Origin: Octopus sinensis
Taxonomy: Eukaryota
Reading direction: 5' to 3'
DNA: 64,000 nucleotides
Assembly: GCF_006345805.1 (NCBI RefSeq)
Contig: NC_043002.1
Span: 21,328,001 to 21,392,000, forward strand
Positions 25,085 to 37,168 of the stretch are shown piece by piece (the first letter of the stretch is position 1; the number at the start of each line of letters is the position of its first letter). The notes below the pieces were generated by a model. The model saw nothing but the letters and a program-made list of their open reading frames with translations, was not told where the DNA came from and did no database searches. The translations under genes and the position numbers were made by a program.

Positions 25085-25853
25085 CACAAGGCCCGAGATT
25101 TTTGGGAAGGGGGCCAGTCGATTAGATCAACCACTGTACGCAACTGGTACTTAATTTATCGACCCCGAAACGATGAAGGGCAAAGTCAACCTCGACGGAA
25201 TTTGAACTCAGAACGTAAAGACAGACGAAATACCGCTAAGCATTTCGCCAGCGTGCTAACGTTTCTTATTTCTTTATTGCCCACAAGGGGCTACACACAG
25301 AGGGGACAAACAAGGACAGACAAACGGATTAAGTCTATTTTTATCGACCCTAGTGCGTAACTGGTACTTATTTAATCGACCCCAAAAAGATAAAAGGCAG
25401 AGTCGACCTCGATGAAATTTGAACTTAGAACATAACGACAGAAGAAATACCTATTTCTTTACTACCCACAAGGGGCTAAGCGAAGAAGGGACAAACAAGG
25501 ACAGACAAACGGATTAAGTCGATTATATCGACGCCAGTGCGTAACTGGTACTTAATTTATCGACTCCGAAAGGATGAAAGGCAAAGTCGACCTCGGTGGA
25601 ATTTGAACTCAGAACGTAACGGCAGACGAAATACCTATCTCTTTACTACCCACAAGGGGCTAAACACAGAGGGGACAAACAAGGACAGAGAAACAGATTA
25701 AGTCGATTATATCGACCCCAGTGCGTAACTAGTACTTATTTAATCGACCCCAAAGGGATGAAAGGCAAAGTCGACCTCGGCGGAATTTGAACTCAGAACG
25801 TAACGACAGATGAAATTCGCCCAGCGTGCTAACGTTTCTGCCAGCTCGCCGCC
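25085..25853 (-). mobile_element. SINE family A, four-core multimer
   Basis: One head plus four B-box/core units with a 182-220 bp period. Confidence 0.85.
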
Positions 25854-26750
25854 TTAGACTTGAAATATATTGATGCAAAACTGCTTCTATAGATATTAAA
25901 GAGATGGTCGGAGTCAAAGGTTATAAATCTTTCATCTCCTAACATTGCGTTCAAAAACAAAAAGCAAAGTTTTAAAAAAGTAACATTAAGCTATCTCGGA
26001 AAAAATTCTTATGTAAATCTTCCGTCAGACAAACGTAGTCTTCCTAAAATAGATCATTACTCTTTGATCTGTGTTTTGGATCCTTTGTTCTTCTGTGCAT
26101 CATGAAAGATGAGTAAATAATCTATATTTTTAATAATAATTAAGAATCTTTAGGAAATATCATAAACAAAATTGTAGAGAATATGATTAATTACACGTTC
26201 ACGAATGACCCAACGTAGCTAAGGTGGATTTATTTCCATGTTATACACGAGTTGGAACTCATGAGTTAAGGTGTGTTTGAACACACAAATACTCAAACAT
26301 TTTCATAATCTCACCTTATTTCTTTTGGGTAACGAACATATGTCATCTTGAAAGGACTCCCGAACATTTATGCGTGCCGGGAAGAGCACAGGATTCAGTA
26401 ATAAATGAAGATTAATCATATGTGAAACCTCTTTATGACATGCTCCACTTGGTGGTCTCCAATTTCCTTGCATATCTACACAGAATCCGTTCTATATTCC
26501 TCGTCGGTATCATTTAAATAGCTTATCAGTTGCTCGTTCTCCGTACAAAAGACAAGAAAAACCATGACACTTTTCTGAGAAAGAGGAGAAACTTCTCACA
26601 CTTGGATTACCTTCTCTTTGGATTTACCTATTTCTTTGAATCCATTGTTCTTTTTGCTCCTTTGATTCTCTTTCTGATAGTTAGTTCTTGTCGATTGTTT
26701 TGCAGTTCTTTTCGACATCATCACGAGATGATATGATGATGCAACTAGTT

Positions 26751-27160
26751 GCGAGCTGGCAGTAAAGTTAGCGCGCCGGGCGAAATGCTTAGCGGTATTT
26801 CGTCTGCCGTTACGTTCTGAGTTCAAATTCCGCCGAGGTCGACTTTGCCTTTCATCCTTCCGGGGTCGATAAATTAAGTACCAGTTACGCACTGGAGTCG
26901 ATATAATCGACTTAATCTCTTTGTCTGTCCTTGTTTGTCCCCTCTGTGTTTAGCCCCTTGTGGGTAGTAAAGAAATAGGTATTTCGTCTGCCGTTACGAT
27001 GTGAGATCAAATTCCGCCGAGGTCGACTTTGCCTTTCATCCTTTCGGGGTCGATAAATTAAGTACCAGTTACGCACTGGAGTCGATATAATCGACTTAAT
27101 CTCGTTGTCCTTGTTTGTCCTCTCTGTGTTTAGCCTCTTGTGGGTAGTAAAGAAATAGGT
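26751..27160 (+). mobile_element. SINE family A, two-core copy
   Basis: Head plus duplicated core. Confidence 0.85.
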
Positions 27161-27704
27161 TGCTGTGGCTGCTACAGAAGAGGGATGGGCTGTGAGGTGA
27201 CTAGCTTCTGTGAGGTAGCAAAGGACGTCGACAGAAGTCCTTTGCTACCGCTACGGTTTCGGACCGTAACAGATTGGGTACTGTTGTTGGTAGTAAGGTC
27301 TTATCGTACTCATCTAGTACCGATGACAGAGCACGTTATCTCTTTATCTTCGGAAATAAGTCACTACTTTTGCGGTCTATCCGCTCGCTAGTTTGGAAGT
27401 CTTAATACAAATGAAGAGAGTGATTTTTTTTACTGTTCAACATATATCTATGAGAAAGATAAATAAGTATCCCGAGGAAACGATTATTTATATGAGTATT
27501 AATCCTCTGAAGTGATTACTAAATAAATAAATAGTTTAAAGACTATTTGAACGAATAAAATAGATTAAATGGACAATGACTTCCTGAAGTGTCTGAAACA
27601 ATAATTTAGATTAATAATAGTCTTATGACGTCACCATTTTACAAACCTTATTTTCATTCTATTCATTATTCATTTGGTAATTTTATAATCTCGAACTTTT
27701 AATC

Positions 27705-27746
<42 letters not shown>

Positions 27747-27771
27747 ATACATACATACATACATACATACA

Positions 27772-27803
<32 letters not shown>

Positions 27804-27829
27804 CATATTCACACACACACATACACACA

Positions 27830-27904
<75 letters not shown>

Positions 27905-28399
27905 AATAATTCTGCTTGTCATTACGTTACTTAGCCCGTCGATAATGCTTTCACGTGATAAGAGAAAAAGAGCTTGAGAGAAGCATGCGCAATGTGAGGT
28001 AGAGGGAGCGTAATTGTAACTCTTTTACGTGATTAGTTGAAGGGAAAGAGAGAACATGAGAAAGAAAAAGGAGAGAGAGAGAAAAGGAGTATAAGGTGGA
28101 GAGTGAAGCAGAAAAAGAGAGATAGGAAAAGTGGAGAGAGAAAAGGCGGAGAGAGAACCGTCCATGACATGTGAACGTGGTATTTATTACGTGGTTAAAA
28201 AGTAAGTTGAAGGTAGTAATATAGAGGAGAGTTAGGAATACTATTTTAGCAGAGGGGTGATGTTCTGATGGTGAGATTAAAGAAAGGCAGAGAGAGAGAG
28301 AGAGAGATTATGGTGGTGGGATGGTTGCGGTGGAGGTGGCTATGGTGAGTGCGTAGTGAAAGTAAATTTTTAATTGAACTAATTTTTTTATATCACCTA

Positions 28400-28689
28400 T
28401 CACTTAACGCATGCGCATCTCAAACTTGCCATTCATTTTAGAAAGAAACCAGTTTCTCGTTCATCTGTCATATGCAATGACTATCAATAAATCACAAGGG
28501 CAGACATTTGATAAAGTTGGGCTGTTCTTACCTGAACCTGTATTCGGCCATGGTCAGCTATATGTTGCATTCTCAAGGGCTCGCAAATTATCTGATGTCA
28601 GAGTTAAAGTTATCAACACTGACAAACAAGGGAAAAGAAGTGGGAGAACTCACACGAAGAATGTAATATGCAAAGAAGTATTGGATTGA
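28400..28689 (+). pseudogene. Helitron PIF1-like helicase C-terminal fragment
   Basis: YAMTINKSQGQTFDKVGLFLPEPVFGHGQLYVAFSR (SF1 helicase motifs V/VI as found in Helitron RepHel), ending TKNVICKEVL. Confidence 0.9.
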
Positions 28690-29027
28690 AAGGTATACGC
28701 CAACTGAAATGTCTATTTGGTCTGACCCATCGCCTTGGCTTATAAGTTACCAACGATGTGGTTTTTAGAGCATGCCACGTTTTATTACATTTTTACTCCC
28801 GTGAAATTGTAACCCCTATATTTTACATATAAAATACATTTTTTTACTATAAATTTTTTGCTGTCTAGGTATGAAATTGTGACCATGTAAATTTTAAAAT
28901 GTAATTTTATCTCTTTATGGGGAAAATGGAAAAATAAGAGTGAATATTTGTTTTATTAGTGCTGTGTATTAAGTCTATAAAGTTGTGCATAAAGTATATA
29001 TATATATATACATATAAAAATTCTTAA

Positions 29028-29262
29028 TAGGGTTCAGCAAAGCATTTGCTTCACCACATACGGAAATTTAGAAATAGCTAGTTTTGGCTGCTATTTCTAA
29101 ATTTCGGTATGTGGTGAAGCAAATTTTTTACTGAGCCCTAATTATAATTATGCTCATAATTATAAGAATTTTTGTTTAAGTTAACCGATATTGGTTATTT
29201 TAACATACCGAACTGCTTGGTAAAATGATTAATTATTAATTAATTCATTAATCAATTTTACC

Positions 29263-29265
<3 letters not shown>
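29028..29265. repeat. Dispersed repeat with a 51-bp inverted duplication (29028-29078 / 29090-29140)
   Basis: Arms are reverse complements with a few mismatches; same family as 23985-24050 and 36238-36545. Confidence 0.8.
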
Positions 29266-29309
<44 letters not shown>

Positions 29310-29503
29310 ACATTAAATAATCATCGTATTCCAATTTCCTTCAATTTTCAATGAATAGCAGATGAGCGACTATCTTTTGATACAGACACAACACAGGCTA
29401 CGCTTTCAGGTTTTCTGGATAAAGTTTTCAGGAATAACCCAAGAAGCTTACTATTAATTCCGTAAAATATTCACGGGTCCCGTTAGGATATATATATATA
29501 TAT

Positions 29504-29909
29504 ATAAAACGTTATTGGTGAATTGAAGAAATGGAGCTGAACGCAGATTGAACAGAAATCGTTTTATTTCATTCTACACGTGTTTCGAAAGGCACAAATT
29601 ACCAAAATCCGATTGAATAATGGGACCATATTGTGTCTTTCTCTTCAGGAAGAAAAAAGGAAATCCGCTGGAAAAAACGCCATGGGCTCTTAGGAGCATA
29701 GTTCGATTTGCTTTTGCTCCGCCTCTGTTCTGTTTTTGTTTTTCCAGCGGATTTCCTTTTTTCTTCCTGAAGAGAAAGACACAATATGGTCCCATTATTC
29801 AATCGGATTTTGGTAATTGTGCCTTTCGAACACGTGTAGAATGAAATAAAACGATTTCTGTTCAATCTGCGTTCAGCTCCATTTCTTCAATTCACCAATA
29901 ACGTTTTAT
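29504..29909. repeat. Long foldback with ~172-bp arms and a ~60-bp spacer; each arm carries a hammerhead motif
   Basis: 29504-29677 is the reverse complement of 29739-29909 apart from two to three single-nt indels. Confidence 0.95.
29560..29662 (-). ncRNA. Type I hammerhead ribozyme with palindromic minimal stem III
   Basis: CUGAAGA, stem II GAAAGACACAA/UUGUGCCUUUC (10 of 11 pairs), GAAA, C-ACGU-G, UA, and stem I UUUUCUUC/GAAUGAAA with one bulge; AATAAA just downstream. Confidence 0.7.
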
Positions 29910-31279
29910 TTCAATTATCCGCACCAACGCACGGTTGCAACGCCAGATGGTTGTACCTCCAACCGTGCTGTTTACTGCTGTGATTTTTGCTACTAAGGTA
30001 TCGGTTAAACTTTTGATTAATCTACTACAAGATTATTCATCTTTCTATTCACATATATATATATATATAATATATATATATATAATATATATATATATAT
30101 ACAGAGAGCGAGAGAGAGAGAGTTATTTATCTCCTCTTGTGCATAACTAAATGTCTCTTGTCCTCCCACCATCTCTCAAACTCAATATCTATATAGGCAA
30201 TATCTTATTAATTATATTTCAGCTCGAGAATTCGAAAGTAGAAACTATAGTAATTGTGATTTTGTTCAACTTTGTTTTATCTCACCCTACGTGTCGAACC
30301 TCAAAGCCATGGGTCTTAAAGAGAAGCAACATATATACAATATATATTTGCAAATAAATATTTCAGTTGTTAAAATATTTATCTCATAATGATAACGTCT
30401 TTTGTGTACAATTTACTTTATTAATGCGCACGGCCTACTATGAATGTTTGATCATAACACGCCTGATATCTACGCCTTACTAGTTCCATGGTTTCCAATA
30501 CTGTTGTTTTTTCAGTAATCACTATGTCAATGTAACGACCGATACTTTTAAATTTCAGTATAACCAACAAATATACAACTTCCGAAATCCAACTAGTCGC
30601 ACGCCACATTTTTAAGATACCTTTGAAAATTTGTGGAACAAATACAAAGTTTGACATCAGATGCAAAATTTGAGCCAATTCGAATAGACACCACTAATTT
30701 TCAAGATTCTGAAAACTATACACCGGTGAACGGCCAGGAATGTTGTTTCTTCAGGAGGACATAATGGACCCCAAATGAAACATTGTATTATTATGTAAGC
30801 ATACAACTTCATATTTGTTGAATAAATATAAAAATCCTACACCGTTAAATATTTAGTCACTCTATTTATTGTCGTCACTACCAGGGTTCTTAAAAGAAAT
30901 CTAATGCTAAAATAACCTAGCTAGATACATAAGCTGTAAAGCTTATGTATCAAGTAATACACTACACATGCATACTTTAACAATTTCTTCGTTTAACCTC
31001 CATTATATGCTCCATTTTCCGTCACTCCAGTTTCCACTCACTTTTTTTCTCCAAAGTACATATTATATTACGTAAAAAAATCTCATATGTTACCGAGATT
31101 ACTACAGCCAATCAAATCCCGCATTACTTCTCATTGGAAACCATTCACGACCAATCAAAAATACATTACATTTGAAATATTTTGTGACTAGAAACAAGTT
31201 CAATGTCTTTTTACTAATCAACAGTACTGATTCCTGTCTACAGTAAATGACTTTTTGACACATATGTACACGTACACGC

Positions 31280-31382
<103 letters not shown>

Positions 31383-31639
31383 AAACACGGAGAGGAGACA
31401 TATTCTGAAGGTCATATTGACACAGCATCTTTAATTCTCTTCTTCCATCTATTGCAGACATGATCGCTTATTGATAAAAACCCAAATATATTAAATAAAT
31501 CGATATTTTCACACACGCCTATCTCCTCCTCCGTCAGCCCCCCTCCTTTTCCGATCAAATAGATTATAGATTTCACATTCATTCTATTCCTTCTCTCATT
31601 CGCTCAGTCTGTTTCTAATTTCCTCTTTTTTGTGTGCTA

Positions 31640-31671
<32 letters not shown>

Positions 31672-31675
31672 TATA

Positions 31676-32050
31676 GGCGCAGGAGTGACTGTATGGTAAG
31701 TAGTTTGGTTGTCAACCACATGGTTCTGGGTTCAATGCCACTGCGTGGCACCTTGGGTAAGTGCTTTCTACTTTAGCCTCGGGCTGACCAAAGCCTTCTG
31801 AGTAGATTTGGTAGACGGAAACTAAAAGAAGCCCGTCATATATATATGTGTGTGTGGGGGGGTCTGTCTGTCTGCCTGTGTTTGTACCCCCACCATCGCT
31901 TGACAACTGATGCTGGTGTGTTTCAATGCCCGTAACTTAGAGGTTCGGCAAAAGAGATCCGATAGAATAAGTACTAGACTTACGGTCAATTTGCTCGACT
32001 AAAAGCGGTGCTCCAGCATGGCCGCAGTCAAATGACTGAGACAAAGAGAA
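31676..32050 (+). mobile_element. SINE family B copy
   Basis: Same structure as the copy at 20192. Confidence 0.85.
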
Positions 32051-32296
32051 AATTAAAAGAATTATATATATATATATATATATACGCATGTATGTATGCA
32101 TGTATTATGAGAGTATGTATGAGTGAGTGTATAAGTGTTTATGTGTATGTATGTTTGTATACGTGTGTGGATATGCGTGTGTGTGTAGATGTATATACAC
32201 ATAAACATGTATATATACATCTGTATAGATAGAGAGAGAGAGAGAGAGGTGGGAAAAGTGAGAAAGAAATAGAGAGAGCGAGAGAGAATTGTACAC

Positions 32297-32349
<53 letters not shown>

Positions 32350-32796
32350 TATATTTGCACACATGCATGCATACATTCATATATATGTATATATATATGC
32401 ATATGTATATATATATATGTGTGTGTATTCATGAGCATGGGCAGGACGAAAAGTGTATAAAAATTTGAATTAGTGTAAGTGCATGTAAGTGTGCATGTCT
32501 GTATGTGTTTGTGTGTGTGTGTGTGTGTATTTGTGTGTGAGTGTGTATGTGTGTGTGTCTGCAATTGTGTGTATGTCAGAATCTTTTGACAGGCGACAGC
32601 TTTATAACGTGATATGCATAACACTGCTTGTGTTAGTGTGCGTGTGTGTGAGTGTGTGTCTATATGTGTGTGTCTCCTGACCATATATATATGTACGTAC
32701 ATATTTATGTATGTGTTGTGTGTGTGTATATATATGTGTATGAATACCTATCTGTCTATCTATCTATCTATCCTTTCTTTTTCCTTTTACTTGTTT

Positions 32797-33071
32797 CAAT
32801 CATTTGACTGCGGCCATGCTGGAGCACCGCCTTTAGTCAAACAAATCGACCCCAGGACTTATTCTTTGTAAGCCTAGTACTAAATTCTATCCGTCTCTTT
32901 TGCCGAACCGCCATGTTACGGGGACGTAAACACACCAACATCGGTTGCCAAGCGATGGTGGGGGCGACAAACACAGACACACACTTACCCACGGTGCCAC
33001 ACAGTGGGACTGAACCCGGAACCATGTGGTTGATAAGCAAGCTACTTACCACATAGCAACTCCTGCGCCTA
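32797..33071 (-). mobile_element. SINE family B copy with an internal deletion
   Basis: Head and tail match family B. Confidence 0.8.
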
Positions 33072-33178
33072 TATATGTATGTATGTATGTATGTATGTTT
33101 GTATGTATGTATTATGTATGTATGTATGTATGTATGTGTGTATGTATGTGTGTGTGTGTGTGTGTGTGTTTCTGTGTG

Positions 33179-33223
<45 letters not shown>

Positions 33224-33232
33224 GTATATAGT

Positions 33233-33500
33233 GAAGGCGCGTGGTTCAGTGGTCATGAGTTCGATTCCCGGTGACGTGTTATCTCCTTGAGCAAGACACT
33301 TTATTTCACGTTGCTCCAGTCTCCTCAGCTGGCAAAAATGAGTAGTACCTGTATTTGAAAGGGCCAGCCATGTGGCACTCTGTGTCACGCTGAATCTCCC
33401 CGAGAACTACGTGTTAAGGGTACACTTTAATTTCACGAGTAAGCTGTTCCGTTGATCGTATCAGCTGGGACCGTCACCTTCGTAACCGGCAGAGCGCCCC
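33233..33500 (+). mobile_element. SINE family C copy
   Basis: Homologous to 62860-63187. Confidence 0.8.
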
Positions 33501-33529
33501 TTCCTTATGGATATATATATATATTTCAA

Positions 33530-33745
33530 AATGTGACCTCGTGTGTACCGTTGGCGATTTTTTTCCCTCTGTCTCCCCTTCTCGGGATCTTTCCTTCTCC
33601 TATGTTTCCGACGAAGAGCTCCGCTCGAAACGTTAAACCCTCCTTCTTCCCTTCCTTCCTGAGCGTGCGTCCAATAATACTTTATTTGTTCCACGTCCTC
33701 GCGTTGTTGTGTTTTTTTGTGTTTTCTTGTTTGGATTAACTTTAT
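33530..33745 (+). ncRNA. ~200-bp element between (TA)n tracts with a minimal hammerhead-like motif
   Basis: 33608-33634 reads CCGACGA-AGAGC-TCC-GCTC-GAAA-CG-TT. Confidence 0.45.
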
Positions 33746-33954
33746 ATATATATATATATATATATAAAGCATATATGTATATATGCATTTATATGCCATA
33801 TATATGTGTGTGTGTGTACATGCATATATGCACATATGTATATACTGTGTGTATGCATGCAATGTGTGTGTGTGTATGTGTAGGTGTCTGTTGAATGACT
33901 AAAACATAAGGCACAACTAAATGAGTCAGCAACCAATGACAGCACGTGTGTGTG

Positions 33955-33986
<32 letters not shown>

Positions 33987-35024
33987 TATCTCTGTGATAT
34001 CAGCAATGACACTGCATGTGATAAACAGATAAAAAAGATTAGCAAAACGTGGCAAGTCATTTCGTCAGGTCACTTCGATATACAGACGCTGGTTGCCAAT
34101 GTGGCGTGATCTTGGTAACTAAGGAACGGGTCAAGTTAATCAGAAAGTCAGACGCGGTCAAATATTCCTCTGTGTGTGATTGTGTGTTTGTGTGTGTATT
34201 TGTTTGTATGTTTGTGTGTGCGTGTGTGCATGTGTGTGTGTGTGTGGAGTTGTCTCGCCACTCCCCCGCCTACAACCGGTGCTGGTTTGTTTACGGCGCC
34301 AGAGAACGATAGAATGAATATCAGCTTTAAAAATAAGCACCGACGGTTGATTTTGTTCAACTAAAACTCTTCTATGCGATGCCCCAGCATGGCCTCAATC
34401 ATATCACTAAAACAAGTAAAATGTGTGTGTGTGTTTACGCGCGCACGTGTGTATGTGTGTGTGCTTGTGTGTGCATGCGCCCACGTAAGTGTGCGTTTAT
34501 ATATGCAAATTCATATGCATAAATATGTGTGTGCATATATGCATGAATATGTAAATATGTGTATATTTGTATGAGTGTGTATATTTGTATGCGTGTGTAT
34601 ATATGTGTGTGAGTGAACGGGTGTATGTGTGTGGATGGAGTGCGAGCGTGATTTTGTGCGAGTGTATATTTCTATGTGTGTAAACGCAACTGTGTAAAGA
34701 GAAAACAACTAGATTAATAACGATGAATAAAGGTATATTAAATACCGTATAAAATATTCTTGATTCATCAGAATTATCTCCCCGTCGAAAGAAAAATAAA
34801 CAATAGGCGTAGGAGAGACTGTGTGGTAAGTAGCTTGCATACGAACCACATGGTCCTGGGTTCAGTCCCACTGCGTGGCACCTTGGGAAAGTATTTTCTA
34901 CTATAGCCTCGAGCCGACCAAAGCCTTGTGAGTGGATTTGGTAGACGGAAACTGAAAGAAGCCCGTCGTATATATGTATATATGTATATATATATGTATG
35001 TGTGTATGTATATGTTTGTGGAAT

Positions 35025-35505
35025 TTTTTACTCAGAACGTAAAGACAGACGAAATACCTATTTCTTTATTACCCACAAGGGGCTAAACACAGAGGGGACA
35101 AACAAGGACAGACATAGGTATTAAGTCGATTACATCGACCCCAGTGCGTAACTGGTACTTAATTTATCGACCCCGAAAGGATGAAAGGCAAAGTCGACCT
35201 CGGCGGAATTTGAACTCACAACGTAACGCAGACGAAATACCGCTAAGCATTTCGCCCGGCGCGCTAACGTTTCTTATTTCTTTATTGCCCACAAGGGGCT
35301 GAACTTAGAGGGGACAAACAAGGACTGACAAACGGATTAAGTCGATTATATCGACCTCAGTGCGTAACTGGTACTTATTTAATCGACCCCGAAAGGTTGA
35401 AAGGCAAAGTCGACCTCGGCGGAATTTGAACTCAGAACGTAACGGCAGACGAAATACGGCTACGCATTTCGCCCGGCATGCTAACGTTTCTGCCAGCTCG
35501 CCGGC
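35025..35505 (-). mobile_element. SINE family A, three-core multimer
   Basis: B-box cores near 35030, 35208 and 35425. Confidence 0.85.
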
Positions 35506-35519
35506 TATATTTCTTAAGC

Positions 35520-36130
35520 CAGTTTCTCTTCCTTCTCTATGATGTGCGTGATCGTTTCCTCAATTTCTAAGATTGCGCTTTTTAAGTGAGATTTTTAACC
35601 GTCATCAATTCTTTCAGAGATTTTTGATCGGTGCTTTACGTACCACAAGATTTTTTCATTTTCTCAGAAATATATTTTTGTATATGCTGGCTTTCTGGGA
35701 CATATTTATTGCACATAGTTTGCGTTATTGGCATAAACTGATTAAATTTTTATGTCTAGACAGACTTTGGAACCAGTTCTGTTTCAGGACATCTTATCTT
35801 TTGGAATTAATTTCCATTTAACTTTTTGGTATTTGAGGCTGGACAGAATCCGTGAGCATCTTGTGGCATCGTATCTATGTTTTCTTTAGGACCTCACATT
35901 GTTAGTCCTCCTACATTGTGATTCTAGAAAATCGTCGATCTTTCTTCGCTACTTAAATATTTTGGATCACTTCTGTATTGTTCGTGAAGCAAGAATCTAA
36001 AATGCTGTTTCCTCCGATTGAATATTCCATTGTTTCTTCCCTGAACGGCATATTTAAAAGGTCAGGTAGAGATTCTTCCTATCTTTGTCCACAGTGACAT
36101 TCCCAGAAGAACGTGGTTTCCAGGCCGTTT
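35520..36130 (-). pseudogene. Degraded CR1-group LINE endonuclease/linker fragment
   Basis: GGNSILDSCFTNNTEVIQNI resembles the end-of-APE motif; many stops. Confidence 0.5.
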
Positions 36131-36237
36131 GACTTTGAGAAGATTTAAGACATTTGCGAAAAGTACATTAAAGATGTATGTGTGTGTGTATACATATACA
36201 TACATACATATATTTATATATATATATATATATATAG

Positions 36238-36545
36238 TCAATAATAAAAGGGTAAAATTAATTAATTATTAATTAATAATTTTACCAAGTAGTGTTCAGT
36301 ATGTAAAAAGACCATTTACGGTATATTTAAAACATTACGTTATATAATTAGGGTTCAGTAAAAAAATTTACTTTACCACACACCGAACTTTTAGAAATAG
36401 CACCCAAAAAATTTAGCTATTTCCTTTACTATAAGAACTAGTAGAGGAAATAGCTAAAGTTTTTGGCTGCTATTTCTAAAAGTTCCGTGTGTGGTAAAGT
36501 AAGTTTTTTTACTGAACCCTAATTATATAACGTAATGTTTTAAAA
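36238..36545. repeat. Dispersed repeat with a ~100-bp inverted duplication (36326-36425 / 36445-36545)
   Basis: Reverse-complement arms with a 19-nt spacer. Confidence 0.85.
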
Positions 36546-36748
36546 TATATATATATATATATATCAATACTAAGGTCATAATTATGGGTGACAATTTCAT
36601 ATGACACCGCTAGAAAAACTGCCGTTCAAACCGAAAAGATCCAACCTTTTTAATAGTCTTGACTCTCTTTGTTTTTTATATTTGTTATGGATTACTTGAA
36701 CCTCACTTTCTTCCTTCACCTCGATCCTTCGATCTTATATATATATAT

Positions 36749-37168
36749 ATCTTTTCGGTTTGAACGGCAGTTTTTCTAGCGGTGTCATATGAAATTGTCA
36801 CCCATAATTATGACTTTAGTATCGATCTATTGCATTTCAATCTGTTTTAGGGTTAGGGTTAGTTAGGGTTAGGGGTGTGGGAAGGGTATCTTTTTTCTTC
36901 AGAAATGTAAATAAACCCAATCTGTTTTTTAAACGAGGGACATATTCATACGGGACAGAATGTTTTCACCTCAATAGACGTCATTGATTGGTTGAAATTG
37001 CAGAAATTGAAGAAAAAAAGCAACAAATATCTTACAAACCATAGAATGTTCTCAATAAAGCCAAGAGAAAAAGATGTTTTATAAACACATTCTACCAGTA
37101 TACGAAGTTTAAAAGTGTTTAGTTACGTGGAAATTATTTTAAAAAACTGCCGGTCAAATCGAAAAGAT
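36749..37168. mobile_element. MITE-like element with ~27-bp TIRs and an internal (TTAGGG)-like run; inverted partial copy at 36565-36640
   Basis: Ends are ATCTTTTCGGTTTGAACGGCAGTTTTT and AAAAACTGCCGGTCAAATCGAAAAGAT. Confidence 0.75.

Noticed and set aside
25085-25853. Regularly spaced repeats suggesting a CRISPR array
   Set aside because: Units are ~185-bp whole-unit duplications of a SINE core, with no unique spacers and no cas genes.
26315-26573. Minus-strand open stretch MQGNWRPPSGACHKEV...PKRNK ending at AAG|gtgaga
   Set aside because: The strong acceptor lies upstream of two in-frame stops and the nearer acceptor is weak; no recognisable homology. Unresolved.
36840-36875. TTAGGG repeats as a telomere or fusion site
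   Set aside because: Only a few units, inside a TIR-bounded repeat.
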